This document shows positions 22,317 through 31,941 of a DNA stretch of 47,652 nt, in pieces. A program made the position numbers and the translations under genes. This DNA comes from an uncultured Bacilli bacterium (GTDB lineage Bacteria > Bacillota_I > Bacilli_A > RF39 > UBA660), in the NCBI GenBank assembly GCA_947628075.1, contig CANQYF010000001.1, positions 1 through 47,652 of the forward strand, given 5' to 3'. The notes under the pieces are model-generated. The model saw nothing but the letters and a program-made list of their open reading frames with translations. It did not search any database and was not told the DNA's origin. Positions within the stretch are counted from its first letter, which is position 1. The number at the start of each line of letters is the position of its first letter.

Positions 22317-23096
22317 TTATAAAATATTTAAAAGAATCATATATGCAAATACAACAAATATAAGACTATCTAAACGATCTAATATTCCACCATGACCTGG
22401 CATGATATTAGAAAAATCTTTAATTTCATTTTCTCTTTTTATCTTACTAAATACTAAATCACTCATTTGACCAATTATGGATAAAATAATTGTTATCATA
22501 ATATTGTTAAAACTTAGTGGCCCAATTAAATTGGCATAAATAATTAAAGAAATAACTACGCCTCCAATTAATCCACCAAAAGCTCCTTCCCAAGATTTCT
22601 TAGGACTTAAGCTTGGACACATTTTATGCTTACCTATTAAGCAACCAATAAGATACGCAAAAGTATCCGTAATTATTGTAATACTTAATAAATATATTAA
22701 TAAATTAATATTAACACTTCTTATTGTAATTAATAAATTAAAGAATAGCCCAACTAATAAGGACGATGCTATTAAGTAAAAAGCAGTGGCTGTATCATAT
22801 TTTTCTTTTTTATAAAATATCGTTGGTAGTAAAAGTAAAAATATTGGTAATAAAATTTGTGCATTACTAATAATATCTTTCCCAAAATTACCTAAAACTA
22901 AATATAATACCGAAATTAAACCCAAACCTTTAATAACATTAGGAATATCTTTGTGAGATTTTTTTAGGTTTAATATCTCATTATATGCTAAAATACTTAA
23001 AATACCACAAGCAATTTTAAAAGGATAACCGCCTAACCATATTAAAGGAATAAATATTATTAATGCTACAGCAGCACTTATAACTCTTATTTTCAT
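22317..23096 (-). CDS. cdsA: phosphatidate cytidylyltransferase
   Basis: Polytopic membrane protein with the C-terminal CdsA signature SDLVFSKIKRENEIKDFSNIMPGHGGILDRLDS. Start set at MKIRV after the GGAGG RBS. The track ORF begins 15 nt earlier. Confidence 0.9.
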   Translation of the reverse strand: MKIRVISAAVALIIFIPLIWLGGYPFKIACGILSILAYNEILNLKKSHKDIPNVIKGLGLISVLYLVLGNFGKDIISNAQILLPIFLLLLPTIFYKKEKYDTATAFYLIASSLLVGLFFNLLITIRSVNINLLIYLLSITIITDTFAYLIGCLIGKHKMCPSLSPKKSWEGAFGGLIGGVVISLIIYANLIGPLSFNNIMITIILSIIGQMSDLVFSKIKRENEIKDFSNIMPGHGGILDRLDSLIFVVFAYMILLNIL

Positions 23097-23180
23097 ACTA
23101 CCTCCATACATTATATTCTAAATAAAGTATACTATTATTTTTTTATTTAGTAAAGAAAAAATGTAGCTTTCTTACTACAC

Positions 23181-23615
23181 TTAATCGTTTAAATCTAACA
23201 TTTCAATTTTATCAAGTTCATTTTCTAAAATATTTTTATATTTTATTTTATAATTAGCAACTTGGTTTCTTAAAGTATTTGCTGCATCTTCCACTTTTTC
23301 GGCTTTTATTAAAGCATTATTAATTATGCGAGAAGCATTCTTCTTAGCATCTTCAATAATAACTTTTGATTCATCAATAGCACTTTTTTTAATATTATGA
23401 GTTGACTCTTCTGCTATTAAAATAGCTCTATTTAATGTTTTTTCTAAATTTTTATAACGTGTTAACTCATTTTTAAGAGATTCAATTTCACGATCGCGTG
23501 CTTTTAAATTATCAAGCATTGCTTCATACTCTTTAGTAACGTTTTGTACAAAAGAATTAACTTCGTTTTTATTATAACCCGGAAAACTATTACCAAATTT
23601 TCTCAAAATCACCAC
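23181..23615 (-). CDS. divIVA: DivIVA-domain cell-division protein
   Basis: KFGNSFPGYNKNEVNSFV aligns to the DivIVA N-terminal F-x-GY-x-x-EV motif. A coiled coil follows. GTG start. Confidence 0.8.
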   Translation of the reverse strand: MVILRKFGNSFPGYNKNEVNSFVQNVTKEYEAMLDNLKARDREIESLKNELTRYKNLEKTLNRAILIAEESTHNIKKSAIDESKVIIEDAKKNASRIINNALIKAEKVEDAANTLRNQVANYKIKYKNILENELDKIEMLDLND

Positions 23616-23627
23616 AACCGTTTCTTT

Positions 23628-24035
23628 TTACCACTCTAATTCGTCTTCTGCTCCGTCTTTTGCTTTATCATTATCATCTGTAATTTTACCTTGAACATTT
23701 ACATTTTTAGGAGTACATAAATAAATACCTACCCCAATCTTTTGCATATGTCCACTAATCGCATAAATACAGCCACTTAAAAAATCTATAATTCTTTTGG
23801 CTTGAGCGGAAGTAACTCTTTTTAAGTTTACAACAACACTATTTCTACTTTTTAAATGATCCGCTATAGCCTGAGCTTCCGAAAAACTTCTAGGCTCTAG
23901 AAGAATCATCTTATTGCCAGCCTTATCTGCATCTTTTAAAGCTTCTGATTCAGATATTGCATAATATTCATCTTCTGTCCCGATAACTTCTTCTTCATCA
24001 TTTTTTAACCATTCTTTTAATTTACCAAGTGCCAT
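23628..24035 (-). CDS. sepF: cell division protein SepF
   Basis: The C-terminal SepF domain reads ILLEPRSFSEAQAIADHLKSRNSVVVNLKRV...AKRIIDFLSG. Confidence 0.88.
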   Translation of the reverse strand: MALGKLKEWLKNDEEEVIGTEDEYYAISESEALKDADKAGNKMILLEPRSFSEAQAIADHLKSRNSVVVNLKRVTSAQAKRIIDFLSGCIYAISGHMQKIGVGIYLCTPKNVNVQGKITDDNDKAKDGAEDELEW

Positions 24036-24089
24036 ATTTATCCTCCATACTTTAGATTACTACTTTATTCTATCAAATAAATAAAATTT

Positions 24090-25475
24090 TTACAAGACTA
24101 TTTTGCTTTCAATATAATCTTTTATTTCGTCAACATTTAAAGTAATTTGTTTCATGGTGTCTCTATCTCTTATTGTTACTAAATTTTCATTTAAAGTATT
24201 ATCATCAATGGTTATACAATATGGAGTTCCAACTGCGTCACATCTTCTATATCTTTTTCCTATACTACCAGCATCATCATAACTACAATTAAAATATTTA
24301 CATAAATTGGTATATATTTCATTAGCTTTTTCACCATGAACTTTTTTTACTAAAGGTAAAATTGTTGCTTTAATTGGGGCCAAAGCTGGATGAATTTTTA
24401 ATACTAATCTTTCCTCATCATCTACTAATTCTTTAGTATAAGCATTTATGATTATGGCTAACATTAATCTATCTACTCCCACAGATGGTTCAATTACATA
24501 TGGCAAATATTTTTCATTACTAACTGGATCTAAATATCTTAAATCTTCACCAGAATGTTCCATATGAACACTTAGATCATAATTAGTTCGATCTGCAATT
24601 CCCCATAATTCTCCCCATCCAAAAGGAAATTTAAATTCTATATCCGTAGTAGCTTTACTATAAAAAGATAATTCTTCTTTAGAGTGATCACGATAACGTA
24701 AATTATCTTTATTTAAACCTAATAGTTTTAAAAAATCAATACAATAATTTTTCCAAAAACCAAACCATTCTAAATCAGTATCAGGTTTGCAAAAAAATTC
24801 TAATTCCATTTGTTCAAATTCTCGAGTTCTAAAAATAAAATTACCTGGAGTTATTTCATTTCTAAAGCTTTTACCATATTGAGCAATTCCAAATGGAATT
24901 TTTGCTCGCATACTTCGTTCGACATTTTTAAAATTAACAAAAATTCCTTGAGCTGTTTCGCCTCTTAAATAAATTTTACTTTTAGCATCCTCTGTAACTC
25001 CTTGACTAGTTTCAAAAAGCAAATTAAATTTACGGATATCAGTAAAATCAGCACTGCCACAGCGAGGGCATTTAATATTTTTTTCTCTAATTAATGCAAT
25101 TAATTCTTCCTCTTTTAAACCATCACCTGTAATTTCACCCTTAGTAGCGTCTTCAATAAGTTTATCTGCCCGATATCTACTTTTACAATTTTTACAGTCA
25201 ATTAAAGGATCAGAAAATGAGGCAACATGTCCAGATGCAACCCAAACTTTAGGATTCATAAGTATTGCTGAATCAAGGCCATAATTATAAGTACATTCTT
25301 GGACAAATTTTTTCCACCACAAATTTTTAATATTTTGCTTTAAAACCGCTCCTAAAGGTCCATAATCCCAAGCGTTAGCTAACCCACCATAAATCTCACT
25401 ACCTTGAAAAATATAGCCATAACTTTTACAATAGTTTACCAATTCTTCCATCGTTAAATTATTTTTTTCTTCCAT
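24090..25475 (-). CDS. glyQS: glycyl-tRNA synthetase (single-chain, dimeric type)
   Basis: 461 aa. YGGLANAWDYGPLG, FRNEITPGNFIFRTREFEQMELEFF (class II motif 2), and GVDRLMLA motif 3. Confidence 0.95.
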   Translation of the reverse strand: MEEKNNLTMEELVNYCKSYGYIFQGSEIYGGLANAWDYGPLGAVLKQNIKNLWWKKFVQECTYNYGLDSAILMNPKVWVASGHVASFSDPLIDCKNCKSRYRADKLIEDATKGEITGDGLKEEELIALIREKNIKCPRCGSADFTDIRKFNLLFETSQGVTEDAKSKIYLRGETAQGIFVNFKNVERSMRAKIPFGIAQYGKSFRNEITPGNFIFRTREFEQMELEFFCKPDTDLEWFGFWKNYCIDFLKLLGLNKDNLRYRDHSKEELSFYSKATTDIEFKFPFGWGELWGIADRTNYDLSVHMEHSGEDLRYLDPVSNEKYLPYVIEPSVGVDRLMLAIIINAYTKELVDDEERLVLKIHPALAPIKATILPLVKKVHGEKANEIYTNLCKYFNCSYDDAGSIGKRYRRCDAVGTPYCITIDDNTLNENLVTIRDRDTMKQITLNVDEIKDYIESKIVL

Positions 25476-25610
25476 TTTTTCCTCCCTTAAAAAGAAAAAC
25501 TCCTAAAAATTTTAGGGGTGAGCTTCGCCCACGGTTCCACCCTAATTATTCTTTAGAAGAATTCTCATTATTATATAGCTCTGGTTTTCCACACCGTCAT
25601 CACTTATTTC
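25476..25610 (-). promoter_or_regulatory. T-box leader controlling glyQS (unusually short Stem I region)
   Basis: The minus strand reads GTGATGAC (K-turn-like), then a Stem III-like hairpin ATTCTT-CTA-AAGAAT, then AATTAGGGTGGAACCGTGGG (T-box motif, about 25530-25547). A terminator CCCCTAAAA/TTTTAGGAG plus T-run follows. Confidence 0.7.
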
Positions 25611-25614
25611 CTAA

Positions 25615-25643
25615 ATTATATATTAACTACTTAATTTTTTCAA
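25615..25643 (-). promoter_or_regulatory. promoter of the glyQS leader, overlapping the tdk stop
   Basis: The minus strand reads TTGAAA (25643-25638), a 17-nt spacer, then TATAAT (25620-25615). Confidence 0.6.
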
Positions 25644-26268
25644 CTAATTTTGCTAATTTTTGCGCCTCCGGGCTCTTTATTTTGACATATTTTAAATAAC
25701 AATCAGAACATAATGGTACATATTCATATTCTTCTTTAGTTCCATCATCTATAATGATAGTAGGTCCTACATCAGTAAATTCATTTTTTTCTTTTCGGGC
25801 ATTAAATGTAGCTTTTTTACCACAATGGCAAATACTACTACTACCAATTTCCTCAATTATATCCGCAATAGCAAAAGCTTCTGATATTCCTTCACTAAAT
25901 ATTTCACCTTTAAAATTACTTTTTAAACCATAACATAATACGGGAATATTTATTAAATGAGCAATCATCCATAATTCTTTTATTTGTTCTTTATTTAAAA
26001 GTTCTACTTCATCAACTAAAATTATTTTAGCAGTATAATAAATTTTATAATTTTTTTCAGTTAATAAAGATTCATTTTCTTCTAATAAAATATCAACTTT
26101 TTTACTAAGGCCAGTTCGAGACGTAATGGAATCATTACCTTTGGTATCTGTAATTGACTTAATCAGAATAGTTTTAAAATTATTTTCATTATAACTATGC
26201 GCTGTTTGTAAAATATTTAAAGTTTTACCGCCATTCATTGTACTATACTTAAAAACCATATCTGCCAT
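25627..26268 (-). CDS. tdk: thymidine kinase
   Basis: YSTMNGGKTLNILQTAHSY P-loop region (E. coli-type Tdk), VDEVELL, PVLCYGLKSNFKGE, and a C-terminal Cys cluster. Confidence 0.92.
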   Translation of the reverse strand: MADMVFKYSTMNGGKTLNILQTAHSYNENNFKTILIKSITDTKGNDSITSRTGLSKKVDILLEENESLLTEKNYKIYYTAKIILVDEVELLNKEQIKELWMIAHLINIPVLCYGLKSNFKGEIFSEGISEAFAIADIIEEIGSSSICHCGKKATFNARKEKNEFTDVGPTIIIDDGTKEEYEYVPLCSDCYLKYVKIKSPEAQKLAKLVEKIK

Positions 26269-26280
26269 TTTATCACACCT

Positions 26281-27462
26281 CTATCTTTTTCTTTTTCGAG
26301 TTACTGAGTTTACCACTTCTTTAATATTTATATTATTATTCCTTATTTCACATTCTTGAATTAAAGTTTCAACATAATTCAATTTTCTTTCTTGTTCGAT
26401 ATTTTTTTCCTTTATTATATCTTTCTCACAACATTTTCTAGAAAATTCATTAATTGTTTCAACTAAATATGGATTTTCAATAGCTATTTTTAATAAAACA
26501 TTATAAACTCTATTTTTATCAAAAGGCGTTTGCAACAAAGAAGTATCACCTAAAGCAAAGTTAACTAATGGTAATGACATACCCATAGCTCTTAGTTCTT
26601 TATTCTTTAATAATAAAGTCACAAATATGCTTAAGTTTTCTTTTTGACACATATTTATTTTTTTAACGCCTTCCATAAAATATTCAAAATCATCATTTAA
26701 ATCATACCCAAACAAAAAGTATAAAATTCGATTGGCATTAAAAACGTTGGGTGATACATTAATCATATTGGCAATTTTTAAAATAATATTTTTATTTTCT
26801 AACTTATCGAGTTTGACCATGGAGGTTAAAGATAATATCGCATTAACATTAAAACTAGCCTTTGATTCATTAATTATCTTTGCAAATGGTATCGCTAAAT
26901 CTGCATCAATATAATTTTTATTCATAAATACATGACTAATTCCTTCAGCATTAAAATAATTAGGAGAAGCACAGATTAAGTAAGCACCCTCTAAAGCCAT
27001 ATTGGCATTTATTGCATCTTCATTAGTTAATACATTATATAAATATTTTACATGATTTTCGTTAGTAATTAATTTAGCTCCCTCATAAAAGATATTAGAT
27101 TCAATTGCTTTTTCTTGTGCAAAATATTCACTTAAATAATAGGCGTTCGTAGTTCCTATGGCATCATTAACTAATTTAGCCCCAATAAAGTTAACATTAT
27201 GTTTTATAGCCACTCTATTAGTTAAAATTTTATAAACGTATTCAGCATATCTGCTACTTGAATAAATTTCTAGAGCTTTCATAATATCTTGTGGACTCAA
27301 TTTTAAAGCCAAGTAAACGGCATTTTCAAATTTATATTCATTAATGTTGGCTAATTTTTCAAGTGTCTGTTCATCTAACGATAATATTTTATTAATACTT
27401 TGATCATCTAAATTTAACTTATTTAATTTTTTTAACAAATTAAGCACCATACTTCTTTTCAT
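26281..27462 (-). CDS. hypothetical helical-repeat protein
   Basis: 393 aa. It has at least four degenerate repeats of about 35-40 aa (for example YVYKILTNRVAIKHNVNFIGAKLVNDA and YLYNVLTNEDAINANMALEGAYLICAS). No family recognised. Confidence 0.55.
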   Translation of the reverse strand: MKRSMVLNLLKKLNKLNLDDQSINKILSLDEQTLEKLANINEYKFENAVYLALKLSPQDIMKALEIYSSSRYAEYVYKILTNRVAIKHNVNFIGAKLVNDAIGTTNAYYLSEYFAQEKAIESNIFYEGAKLITNENHVKYLYNVLTNEDAINANMALEGAYLICASPNYFNAEGISHVFMNKNYIDADLAIPFAKIINESKASFNVNAILSLTSMVKLDKLENKNIILKIANMINVSPNVFNANRILYFLFGYDLNDDFEYFMEGVKKINMCQKENLSIFVTLLLKNKELRAMGMSLPLVNFALGDTSLLQTPFDKNRVYNVLLKIAIENPYLVETINEFSRKCCEKDIIKEKNIEQERKLNYVETLIQECEIRNNNINIKEVVNSVTRKRKR

Positions 27463-27544
27463 TTTACTCCATATCTCCTTAATTTAATTATAACTACTTA
27501 TTAATTTTATTTCAATAAAAGCTTTAACATTCTCTTTTCTAAAT

Positions 27545-27570
27545 ATGAAAAAAAGTTCTTGTTAGAACTT
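27545..27570 (-). terminator. intrinsic terminator after recO
   Basis: AAGTTCT (27553-59) pairs with AGAACTT (27564-70), followed by a T-run on the minus strand. Confidence 0.7.
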
Positions 27571-28300
27571 ATAGTTTTCGAATAGTTTTCAGAAAATCTT
27601 TACTCTTCAAATAAAGACCCGTATATTCATCATAAAATACTTCTAAAAACTGATTAATTTCATTTATAACATCTTCTTTTAAAGATAATTTACTAATACT
27701 TTTAATATCTATCAAATAATACATATTTATAACTTTAACTAAAGAAATAGGAACTATTCTTTCGTTAGTATAACATTTTTTACAAATAAGTCCTCCTCTT
27801 TCACTTGATAAAGTAACAATTTCTTTTTTTTGACCACACATAACACAACTGGTTAGGTTTAACCCTACACCTAAATAATCTAATAATTTTACTTCCATTA
27901 TATTAGTAATAACTACCGGATTCAATCCTTCGTCAATTTTTAAAAGAGATGCAAGGAAATCATCATAAATTTTTTTATCTTGACTTTGTTTTAATACTTG
28001 ACTTACTAAATCACATAAATAAGTAGCATAACTTACTAATAAAATATCATTCTTAATATTTTTAAAATGATTTATAATATCAACATTCTTTAAAAGTGAT
28101 AATTTATCTTTTTTGTAATAGATTTGAAAATTAGCATATGTTAATTTCATTGTACCAGCTCGCAAATTACTCTTAATTGACATAGCATTCTTACACATTA
28201 TGCCAATTATGCCATACTCTTTAGTATAAACATTAATAATTTTAGAACTTTCTCCATAAGGAGTTTCTTTTAAAATTATACCCTCAACCGAAATTAACAT
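27569..28300 (-). CDS. recO: DNA repair protein RecO
   Basis: 243 aa with an N-terminal OB-fold-like region and a Cys4 zinc motif CVMCG...CKKC. It sits in the conserved position after era and yqzL. Confidence 0.88.
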   Translation of the reverse strand: MLISVEGIILKETPYGESSKIINVYTKEYGIIGIMCKNAMSIKSNLRAGTMKLTYANFQIYYKKDKLSLLKNVDIINHFKNIKNDILLVSYATYLCDLVSQVLKQSQDKKIYDDFLASLLKIDEGLNPVVITNIMEVKLLDYLGVGLNLTSCVMCGQKKEIVTLSSERGGLICKKCYTNERIVPISLVKVINMYYLIDIKSISKLSLKEDVINEINQFLEVFYDEYTGLYLKSKDFLKTIRKL

Positions 28301-28315
28301 ACTACCACCAACAAA

Positions 28316-28396
28316 CTATTTACATTTTTTATAATTTAAATAATCTTCTACTTTACCACTATTTTTAAATTTTTCCCAAGCTTCCTTTTTATTCAT
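28316..28396 (-). CDS. yqzL: YqzL-like micro-protein (26 aa), not in the ORF track
   Basis: Minus strand shows AGGAAGGTG RBS, then ATG: MNKKEAWEKFKNSGKVEDYLNYKKCK. It matches the YqzL W-x2-F-x2-(T/S)G-x-(I/V)-x2-YL-x-YK pattern and the conserved era-yqzL-recO position. Confidence 0.6.
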   Translation of the reverse strand: MNKKEAWEKFKNSGKVEDYLNYKKCK

Positions 28397-28439
28397 AAAA
28401 TCACCTTCCTACTAATATAATGGGAAGGTTTTATTTTTT

Positions 28440-29321
28440 TTATTCATAATCAAAGAAACCTAATTCTTTTAAATATCTTTCTTTATCTTTCCAATCTTCA
28501 ATAACTTTAACATATAATTCTAAATATACTTTTTTATTTAACAAAAGTTCTAGATCTTTCCGAGCTAAAATGCCAACTTTTTTTAACATTTCGCCCCCAG
28601 AACCTATAATAATTTTTTTTATGTTTTGTTTATCCACTATGATATCAACAGAAACATTAACTATATCTTTTTTATCTTCTAATTTAGTACAATTACAAGT
28701 TATAGAATGCGGAATTTCATCCATAGTATTTTGCAATAATTTTTCTCTTACAAGTTCACCCGCCATAAACTTAATACTACTACTTGTAATGGTATCATCA
28801 TCATAATATTTAACATCATCTTTTAAATATTTTTTAATAACTTCAATTAAATGTTGAACATTATCATTTTCTAAAGCCGAAACTGGTACAATTTCGGAAA
28901 AAGAATAATCTTTATATTCATTAATAGCCATAATTAGGGTCTCTTTAGATACTTTATCTATCTTATTAATAACTAAAATAACCGGTATTTTATTTTCTTT
29001 TAAAGTATCCATTAAAAATTTGTCGCCTTTACCAATACCACTTTCTATGTCCACAACTAATAAAACAACATCTACATCTTTAGTTAAGGCATAAGCTTGT
29101 TTATTCAAAACCTTTCCTAATTTATTTAATGGTTTAGAAATTCCTGGCGTATCAACAAAAATAATTTGATAATCTTTTTCATGGTATATGCCTTCAATAA
29201 TATTTCTAGTTGTACCTGATACTTTAGATGTTATGGCAATCTTACGATTAATTATACTATTTAAAAGAGTGCTCTTTCCAACATTAGGACGGCCAACAAT
29301 ACTTACAAATCCACTTCTCAT
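28440..29321 (-). CDS. era: GTPase Era
   Basis: G1 GRPNVGKST, G3 DTPG, G4 NKID, and a C-terminal KH domain. Confidence 0.95.
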   Translation of the reverse strand: MRSGFVSIVGRPNVGKSTLLNSIINRKIAITSKVSGTTRNIIEGIYHEKDYQIIFVDTPGISKPLNKLGKVLNKQAYALTKDVDVVLLVVDIESGIGKGDKFLMDTLKENKIPVILVINKIDKVSKETLIMAINEYKDYSFSEIVPVSALENDNVQHLIEVIKKYLKDDVKYYDDDTITSSSIKFMAGELVREKLLQNTMDEIPHSITCNCTKLEDKKDIVNVSVDIIVDKQNIKKIIIGSGGEMLKKVGILARKDLELLLNKKVYLELYVKVIEDWKDKERYLKELGFFDYE

Positions 29322-29327
29322 AGTATC

Positions 29328-29765
29328 TTACCTTCCAAATATTTTAAGGAATAATTCAATAAAATAAGGCATAAAAATAATCAAATTTACAACTACTGAT
29401 ATAACAGTCATAAGTCCAGTCGCGGCTGATCCACAATCTTTAGCAATTTTGGCATATTCATTATACTCTTGAGTTACCATATCTACTGTTGCCTCAATCG
29501 CTGTATTTATAAGTTCAATAATGGCAATTAATACTAAACTGCCAAAAGAGATTACCCATTCTAAAAATTCAATATCAAATAAAATACCAAAAATAATTAT
29601 AATACACGCTACTAAAGTTTCTAACAGAAAACTTGATTCATTTTTAAAACAATATGAAAGACCTTGCAACGAATATTTACATTTATTTAATACGTTTTTT
29701 ATTAGTCCAACTTTTGTTTTTTCTTTAAAATTTGGTGATGTTCCTTCTTGTTTTTTCGTCTTCAT
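29328..29765 (-). CDS. dgkA: diacylglycerol/undecaprenol kinase DgkA family
   Basis: Three TM helices and the ELINTAIEATVD signature. It occupies the conserved position between ybeY and era. Confidence 0.85.
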   Translation of the reverse strand: MKTKKQEGTSPNFKEKTKVGLIKNVLNKCKYSLQGLSYCFKNESSFLLETLVACIIIIFGILFDIEFLEWVISFGSLVLIAIIELINTAIEATVDMVTQEYNEYAKIAKDCGSAATGLMTVISVVVNLIIFMPYFIELFLKIFGR

Positions 29766-30186
29766 CCAAAATTACCTCCTGTAATGCAAACATTTCTTTT
29801 TCTTCTTCTTTATTTGTATGATCATATCCTAATAAATGTAATAAGCCGTGACAAGTAAGAAAAGCAAGTTCTCTAGTTTCCCCATGCCCATATTCATTAG
29901 CTTGCTCTATCATTCGCGGTATACAAATAAAAATTTCACCTAAAAATCTAATTTTATTATACACCTTACGGGCATTATCTTCAAATGCAAATGATATAAC
30001 ATCGGTAATTTTATCTAACCCGCGATATTCTCTATTTATTTCTTGAATTTTTTCATTACCTACAAATACAATACTAAAAGTTGCATTTTTAACTTTTTCA
30101 TGCTTTAAGGTTCTTTTTATTACACCATCTAAATAACTATAATCTTTATCATATCCATATTCATTTGTTATTTTATAATCTATCAT
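29725..30186 (-). CDS. ybeY: rRNA maturation endoribonuclease YbeY
   Basis: HGLLHLLGYDH zinc-binding motif. Confidence 0.93.
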   Translation of the reverse strand: MIDYKITNEYGYDKDYSYLDGVIKRTLKHEKVKNATFSIVFVGNEKIQEINREYRGLDKITDVISFAFEDNARKVYNKIRFLGEIFICIPRMIEQANEYGHGETRELAFLTCHGLLHLLGYDHTNKEEEKEMFALQEVILDEDEKTRRNITKF

Positions 30187-30800
30187 CTAAATATAACTCC
30201 CCAATAACCCAAAAAATATATAATCAATAAAGCTATTATTATAATATATAAAATATTATAGAATAAATCACTTTTAAAGAAATCTGGCAAATGTCTATTT
30301 ATTGCAGATAATCCTATATACAATAAATAACCTAAAATACCACCAATTACATTTAATATTATATCATCAACATCAAAAGATCTGCCAATATGTAATTGAA
30401 CAAATTCCACTGCTATACTAGTCACAAATGTCGTAATTAGTACGGGCCATACTTTTTTAGGAGAAACATAAGCGCCGATTAAATAACCAAAAGGAATAAA
30501 AATAATTATATTACCAAAAACATTATAATTAAACATTTTAGTTCCAAATTCATATCTTAGTATCTCCGAAAAAGGAGCTAAATTAATTCCACTTGTACTA
30601 TTTAATTCAGATTTTGTTAATATTTCAAATAATAACCAAATATATATAATTGAAAATAAATAACTTAATTCTTTATGTAGACAAAATCTTTCTCGATGAT
30701 TTTGAAGATAGAAAAATCTAATCAAACTTATGGCGACAATAAAAACCACTAACATTGGCCATATTTCATTCATTATTTGTCTCGCTAGATTCACTACCAT
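30183..30800 (-). CDS. VanZ-like membrane protein
   Basis: NVFGNIIIFIPFGYL and VEFVQLHIGRSFDVDDIILNVIGGILGY are VanZ-family motifs. The start is probably the second ATG, 8 nt after GGAGG. The track ORF starts at 30806. Confidence 0.75.
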   Translation of the reverse strand: MVVNLARQIMNEIWPMLVVFIVAISLIRFFYLQNHRERFCLHKELSYLFSIIYIWLLFEILTKSELNSTSGINLAPFSEILRYEFGTKMFNYNVFGNIIIFIPFGYLIGAYVSPKKVWPVLITTFVTSIAVEFVQLHIGRSFDVDDIILNVIGGILGYLLYIGLSAINRHLPDFFKSDLFYNILYIIIIALLIIYFLGYWGVIFR

Positions 30801-31941
30801 CAACATTTCCTCCTTTTATAATGCTTACTTCCCCAATATTTTCTTTCGTGGCAATAAATATTTCTAAATATATTGTACTATCATTTACTTCATTTTTCAA
30901 AACTTTTTGATAAATTATCTTTTCATTGTCATTTAACGTTAAATTAATCTTTTCTATCGCTAAGTTAATTCCCTTTTTATAAGCCTCATCTTCCGTTAAT
31001 TCCCTTTTAGCATTAACAAACTCTTTTTCTTTAACCAAATTTATTTCAAAATCATTTAATTTATAAAGATTTATTTCTTCTGTTTTTTTATTTTCAATTC
31101 GACTTTTAAAAATATCATATTTATTATCATTTATTTTTAAACTTAAATTAAAACGATTTTTACCAGTATAATTGATATAATTTTCTTTTAAGGGAACTTC
31201 CACTTTTACTTTATACCAAACTTCGCCATAAACTTCACCCGTGGCACAAACCATATTTTTTACTTCTTCATTATGAATTATATCCCCTGATAAAATAATA
31301 TCTCCTTTTAAAACATAATCATTTATTTCTTTTAAAGCCATGCCCCTATAAATATTTAAACTTAAAATTTTAGCATCTTTTTTTGCAATTAAATTACAGT
31401 GGTCATAAGTTTCTAAATCTTTTGGTAAATTTTTTTCAGTTACATTAACAATCATTATTAAACCATCATATTTTATTTCTAGCCATTCTAAAGTATCTTT
31501 ATTATTATCCAGAATTTTATTAACTATTTTCTCTACTTGATGATGACTTTTTTTAAGTCTTAAAGTTGTCAGTCCATATTCTTTTAATTCTTCTTTTAAT
31601 AAATTTTGAATATTTTTATTTGCACTTTTTATTTCAACTTTAAATATAATGTTATTACTTAATAATAATATTATAATGCCTAAAATTATCCCCATTGTAA
31701 AAAATTGATATTTTTTAATTATATCTTTAATTTTAAAAATTCCCGAGTTATCATAAAGTTCTATTTCATAACTAACCAAATATTTTTTTAATCTTTTATA
31801 ATCTTTCCAAGCTGTTTTAATTAAAATATAATCTTTTTCTTTTTTATTATCATAGATAGTTATTCCAATATCATTTAATTTAATAAAAACACTATAATAA
31901 TTTTGAGCTTGTATTTTTACCCAAACAATTTTATTATTCAT
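30766..31941 (-). CDS. yqfD: YqfD-like (sporulation protein YqfD family) membrane protein
   Basis: 391 aa with a single central TM helix. Its position after yqfC, its size and its N-terminal layout match Bacillus yqfD. Confidence 0.7.
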   Translation of the reverse strand: MNNKIVWVKIQAQNYYSVFIKLNDIGITIYDNKKEKDYILIKTAWKDYKRLKKYLVSYEIELYDNSGIFKIKDIIKKYQFFTMGIILGIIILLLSNNIIFKVEIKSANKNIQNLLKEELKEYGLTTLRLKKSHHQVEKIVNKILDNNKDTLEWLEIKYDGLIMIVNVTEKNLPKDLETYDHCNLIAKKDAKILSLNIYRGMALKEINDYVLKGDIILSGDIIHNEEVKNMVCATGEVYGEVWYKVKVEVPLKENYINYTGKNRFNLSLKINDNKYDIFKSRIENKKTEEINLYKLNDFEINLVKEKEFVNAKRELTEDEAYKKGINLAIEKINLTLNDNEKIIYQKVLKNEVNDSTIYLEIFIATKENIGEVSIIKGGNVDGSESSETNNE

